Origin: a virus
Reading direction: 5' to 3' (one strand)
Length of the DNA stretch: 64,000 nucleotides
IMG/VR virus record: IMGVR_UViG_3300030060_006228
Location: 3,076 to 67,075 of that record
The notes under the pieces are model-generated. The model saw only the letters and a list, made by a program, of their open reading frames with translations. It did not search any database and was not told where the DNA came from. Shown here piece by piece: positions 60,103 through 64,000 of the stretch (positions are counted from its first letter, which is position 1; every line of letters starts with the position of its first letter). Both the position numbers and the translations under genes were made by a program.

Positions 60103-61065
60103 ATGGACACAAGATTAATAGTCGCAGATATATTAGAAGGAAACCTTGGTGATGCTAAGGTAAAAACAGAATCTCTTCTCTATCAAAAGAGTGGTGAAAT
60201 CCTAGAAGGTTTTTCTACTGCTGTACTAGAAGATGTTTATGGTCTATCATTGGAGTCCAAGAAGAAAGCCAAAGTCACCGACAAGGATGATGATGGTGAG
60301 GGAATGGATCCCGTTGGTGCAGAAGATGATGATATTGATAACGATGGTGACTCCGATGATTCTGATGAGTATCTAAAGAATAGACGAAAGACTGTCAAGA
60401 AAGCCATCGCAAAAGACAATGGTGATGAAGAGGAAGCAACCGAGGGATACGGTAAGAAGATGAAGAAGGAAAGTGATAATCCTGTTGATCGGATTCAAGG
60501 AAACCCATATGGGGACCTCCGTCCAAAGGGACTTGGATCCGGTAAGAAGATGAAGAAGGAAGAGGAAGAGGGAAAGAAAAAGAAGAAGGGTTCTCATAAC
60601 TGTGCAAACCATGTAGAACATGCAGAGTGGGGACAAGGTATTCCTGTACACGGTGAACACGCTCCACCAGACGAAGATGGTTACATCCAGTGGTACAACG
60701 TAGAGTTTGAACATGGTATTGAAGAGCATGTGTTTACTGAAGATTTAACTATTCTAGGTGAAGGAATGCATGAAGATCACGATCACCATGACGGTGAGCA
60801 GATTGATGAAATCGCTCCTCTTGTTGGTTTAGCCGCAAAAGCACTCACAAGTAAAGCAGGACTTGCGACTGCTGGTTACATGATGGGTAAAAGTGCAGGG
60901 AAAAAGGACTGGGAGAGAAAACAAAGAATGGCAAACAGCGGTGGTGCAGGAATGGCAGAGGACATGGAAATTTACGGTGTTGATAGAGAAAAATATGCAC
61001 GCATGAGTGATCAAGAAAAACAAGCGATCAAGTTAGCATATAAATCAAAGAAGGCTGTAAAGTAA
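60103..61065 (+). CDS. Prohead core / internal head protein
   Basis: DPVG.EDDDIDNDGD.D.SD.YL.NRRK and HNCANHVEHAEWG motifs; lies between gp20 and gp21. Confidence 0.65.
   Translation: MDTRLIVADILEGNLGDAKVKTESLLYQKSGEILEGFSTAVLEDVYGLSLESKKKAKVTDKDDDGEGMDPVGAEDDDIDNDGDSDDSDEYLKNRRKTVKKAIAKDNGDEEEATEGYGKKMKKESDNPVDRIQGNPYGDLRPKGLGSGKKMKKEEEEGKKKKKGSHNCANHVEHAEWGQGIPVHGEHAPPDEDGYIQWYNVEFEHGIEEHVFTEDLTILGEGMHEDHDHHDGEQIDEIAPLVGLAAKALTSKAGLATAGYMMGKSAGKKDWERKQRMANSGGAGMAEDMEIYGVDREKYARMSDQEKQAIKLAYKSKKAVK
60450..60561 (+). repeat. 22-bp direct repeat within the CDS
   Basis: CGGTAAGAAGATGAAGAAGGAA at 60450 and 60540. Confidence 0.8.
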
Positions 61066-61712
61066 TGAAACTAATCACAGAAATGGTAGAAGAAGTTAGT
61101 TGCTTAGTAGAAGCAGATGAAAATGGTAATAAGAGCCATTTTATCGACGGTATCTTCATGCAAGCAGAGACTACAAACAAGAACAAGAGAATGTATCCCC
61201 TTAAGGTTCTAGCGAACGAAGTAAAAAGATACAACAAAGAGTATGTTGGTAAAAATCGTGCAATGGGTGAACTCAACCACCCACAAGGACCTACTGTAAA
61301 CCTTGATCGAGTTTCTCATATCATCAAGGATCTTCGTGTAGATGGTAACGATATTTACGGAAAAGCAAAACTACTTGATACTCCAATGGGAAACATTGCA
61401 AAGAATCTAATCGACGAAGGTGCTAAATTAGGTGTATCTTCTAGAGGTATGGGATCTTTGAAAAAGAACAAAGGTGGAGTAAATGAAGTTCAAGATGACT
61501 ACATGCTTTCAGCAGTGGACATTGTTGCAGATCCATCTGCTCCCGGTGCTTTTGTAAACGGTATCATGGAAGGTGCTGAATGGGTTTGGGATAATGGTGT
61601 ACTTAGAGAAAAACAAATTCATGAATATCAACAAGTCATCAAGAAGTCTTCTAAGAGAGAACTAGAAGAAAATGCATTTAGGGTGTTCAAAGATTTCCTG
61701 TCAAAACTGTAA
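61065..61712 (+). CDS. 21: Prohead protease gp21
   Basis: GELNHP, GVSSRGMGS, DIVADPSAP.AFV. Confidence 0.97.
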   Translation: MKLITEMVEEVSCLVEADENGNKSHFIDGIFMQAETTNKNKRMYPLKVLANEVKRYNKEYVGKNRAMGELNHPQGPTVNLDRVSHIIKDLRVDGNDIYGKAKLLDTPMGNIAKNLIDEGAKLGVSSRGMGSLKKNKGGVNEVQDDYMLSAVDIVADPSAPGAFVNGIMEGAEWVWDNGVLREKQIHEYQQVIKKSSKRELEENAFRVFKDFLSKL

Positions 61713-61716
61713 ATTA

Positions 61717-61724
61717 TATAAATA
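61717..61724 (+). promoter_or_regulatory. T4-type late promoter
   Basis: TATAAATA upstream of gp22. Confidence 0.8.
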
Positions 61725-61761
61725 TTGTGACTAATTAAAGCCAGTCAATAGGAGCATATTC

Positions 61762-62958
61762 ATGTCAGACATTACAGATGTTGTAAAACAAATTTTAGAT
61801 GAAAACTCTGAAGTAGAAACCGAAGAGACACAACTTGACGAGTATGGTGCTGCTATTGCTGGTGCTGCAAGAGCAGCAATGCCAGTAGTAAAGAAAGCGG
61901 TTACTAGTAATGCCGCAAAAAAGGTAGGTAAGGAACTGGGAACTGCGGCGGCTACAAGTGCGGCTGCTTCTCTCGCAGCGAAAGCCAAAAGCAAACTAAC
62001 CAAAAAAAGGGGTGCAAATCCGATGGAAGATACTAATGTAAACGAAGCAGAAATGGGCGTTGTAAACGCAAAGTCTGAGGAAGATGCCGATCTTTATCAG
62101 GACGCAGAAGGTAAGCACGCCAAGATTGATACCGATAAGGGTACTGAAGGTAAGGACAAGAAGAACAAGGCTTCTATTGCTGGTAAAGCAAAGGGACCTG
62201 GTGCTGTCGAAACTCCTACTGCAAGTGGAACCCCAGAGGAAAGAATGGAAGATGTAATGGGTTCATTGTTCGATGGAGAAGATCTCTCCGAAGAATTTAT
62301 GGAGAAAACATCTATTATCTTTGAAGCAGCCGTAAATGATCGTGTTGCAGCAATCGAAGAGGAACTTACTGAATCATATGAAAATCTCTTAGCAGAGCAT
62401 ATGGAAGAAGTCACCGAAGGTCTCGCAGGTAAGTTAGATGAATATCTAAACTACGTTGTAGAAAACTGGATGAGTGAAAATCAAATCGCACTCGAATCAG
62501 GTGTCCGAACAAATGTTTCTGAAAACTTCATCACTGGACTCAAGGGACTATTCGAGGCTTGTTGGATTGATGTTCCACAGGAAAAGGTTGCTGTTCTTGA
62601 TGAAGTCCACGAAGCAAATGAAAGTCTTCAGGAGCAAATCAACGAACTCGTCGCGGACAATGTTGAACTTAAATCAGAACTCATTGGTTCACAGTGTGGA
62701 CTAGTTTTTGCTGAGAACTGTGATGGATTAACAGATATGGAAATTGAAAAGTTTGCTTCACTCGCTGAAGGACTTGAATTCGATTCTGTTGAACAGTACG
62801 AAGAAAAGTTAAGTGTAATCAAAGAAAACTACTTCGGTGAAAACGCTTTATCCGAAGACACTTTAGAAGAAGAAACTACAAATCAAACCATCTCCGAGGA
62901 AACTGCTCCCGGTATGGAAAGATATGTAAACACAATCAGTCGTCACCTCAAAGGATAA
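61762..62958 (+). CDS. 22: Prohead scaffold gp22
   Basis: LSEEF..K...IFEAAV, LD.YL.YVVE.WM.EN, KENYF. Confidence 0.93.
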   Translation: MSDITDVVKQILDENSEVETEETQLDEYGAAIAGAARAAMPVVKKAVTSNAAKKVGKELGTAAATSAAASLAAKAKSKLTKKRGANPMEDTNVNEAEMGVVNAKSEEDADLYQDAEGKHAKIDTDKGTEGKDKKNKASIAGKAKGPGAVETPTASGTPEERMEDVMGSLFDGEDLSEEFMEKTSIIFEAAVNDRVAAIEEELTESYENLLAEHMEEVTEGLAGKLDEYLNYVVENWMSENQIALESGVRTNVSENFITGLKGLFEACWIDVPQEKVAVLDEVHEANESLQEQINELVADNVELKSELIGSQCGLVFAENCDGLTDMEIEKFASLAEGLEFDSVEQYEEKLSVIKENYFGENALSEDTLEEETTNQTISEETAPGMERYVNTISRHLKG

Positions 62959-63049
62959 TGGCTTCCCACTGAAAGCCAACAATTTATAGATACTAGGTAG
63001 ATTAAAACAAGGTAAAAAATCTAACCACAGAAATTCAAGGAGATCTACG

Positions 63050-64000
63050 ATGTCGGAACTTAATAGAACACCATACGATCAGTTAAGCGAGAAGTGGGAG
63101 CCTGTCCTCGAACATGACTCACTACCCTCAATCTCTGATCCATATAAGAAGAAGGTAACTGCCGCTCTTCTTGAAAATCAAGAGACTGCTCTTCGTGAGC
63201 AGAACTTACAGGAAGCACCAACCAACCAAATGGGTGGTGGATTCAGCGTTTCTGCTGCTGCTTCTTCTACTGGAAACCTCGCTGGTTATGATCCAATCCT
63301 AATCAGTCTCGTTCGTCGTTCAATGCCTAACTTAATGGCATACGACATCGCTGGTGTCCAGCCCATGAGTGCCCCAACTGGTTTGATCTTCGCAATGCGT
63401 GCAAGATACGACAACCAGACTGGTGCAGAGGCTCTCTATCAGGAAGCATTCAGTAAGTTCTCCGGTGCAGGTAACACCTCCGCTGGAGCAAGCGTTCACG
63501 CAACTGGTGGTATCGATCCAACAGGTTCGCTCTCACTCGCAGGTTTCCGTGCAATGCTTACTGCAACTGCTGAAGGTCTTCAGCAAGAAGTTGCAGGTAC
63601 AACTGACCTTGCTGATTCCGCTAGACAGACTAACGCATTCAAGGAAATGGCATTCAGCATCGAACGTGTTGCTGTAGAAGCCAAGACTCGCGCCCTCAAG
63701 GCTGAGTACACTACTGAACTCGCTCAGGATCTCAAGGCTGTTCACGGACTCGACGCAGAGACTGAACTCGCTAACATCCTTAGCACCGAAATCCTCGCTG
63801 AAATCAACCGCGAACTCATCCGCACTGTATACACTAGTGCTACTTCCGGTGCCCAGCAGAGCGATCTCTTCTCAACAGGTACTTACGACTTAAACATCGA
63901 CTCCGATGGACGTTGGAGTGCTGAAAGATTCCGTGGACTCATGTTCCAGATCGAACGTGAAGCCAACGCAATCGCTAAGGAAACTCGTCGCGGTAAGGGT
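63050..64000 (+). CDS. 23: Major capsid protein gp23 (truncated by the window end)
   Basis: EKWEPVL, LLENQE, DPILISLVRRSMPNL.AYDI.GVQPM..PTGLIFAMR, RALKAEYT.ELAQDLKA; not in the ORF track. Confidence 0.98.
   Translation, partial: MSELNRTPYDQLSEKWEPVLEHDSLPSISDPYKKKVTAALLENQETALREQNLQEAPTNQMGGGFSVSAAASSTGNLAGYDPILISLVRRSMPNLMAYDIAGVQPMSAPTGLIFAMRARYDNQTGAEALYQEAFSKFSGAGNTSAGASVHATGGIDPTGSLSLAGFRAMLTATAEGLQQEVAGTTDLADSARQTNAFKEMAFSIERVAVEAKTRALKAEYTTELAQDLKAVHGLDAETELANILSTEILAEINRELIRTVYTSATSGAQQSDLFSTGTYDLNIDSDGRWSAERFRGLMFQIEREANAIAKETRRGKG

Overview
About 64 kb of an AT-rich, T4-like (myovirus) phage genome. Bases 1-11.55 kb are an accessory region on the + strand: sulfotransferase, glycosyltransferase-like genes, endonuclease VII, GMP reductase, two DUF6065 paralogs, ferredoxin, a deaminase and five tRNAs that all have U34. 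This region also holds a circularly permuted two-piece tmRNA and two unassigned structured non-coding regions. Bases 11.55-64 kb are the morphogenesis module: gp33, gp32, gp26/gp51, gp54-like, gp4, gp48, gp53, hub, gp25, gp6-8, fibre-like genes, four very Cys-rich GxCC-repeat proteins, gp13-22 and a partial gp23. The main points of interest are the permuted tmRNA with its neighbouring orphan ncRNAs, two candidate programmed -1 frameshifts (gp26 into gp51, and a C-terminal extension of sheath gp18), a tRNA-Ile(UAU) and a Cys-rich virion. All family assignments come from recognising motifs by eye; no searches were run. The host suggestion (possibly Planctomycetota) is inference.
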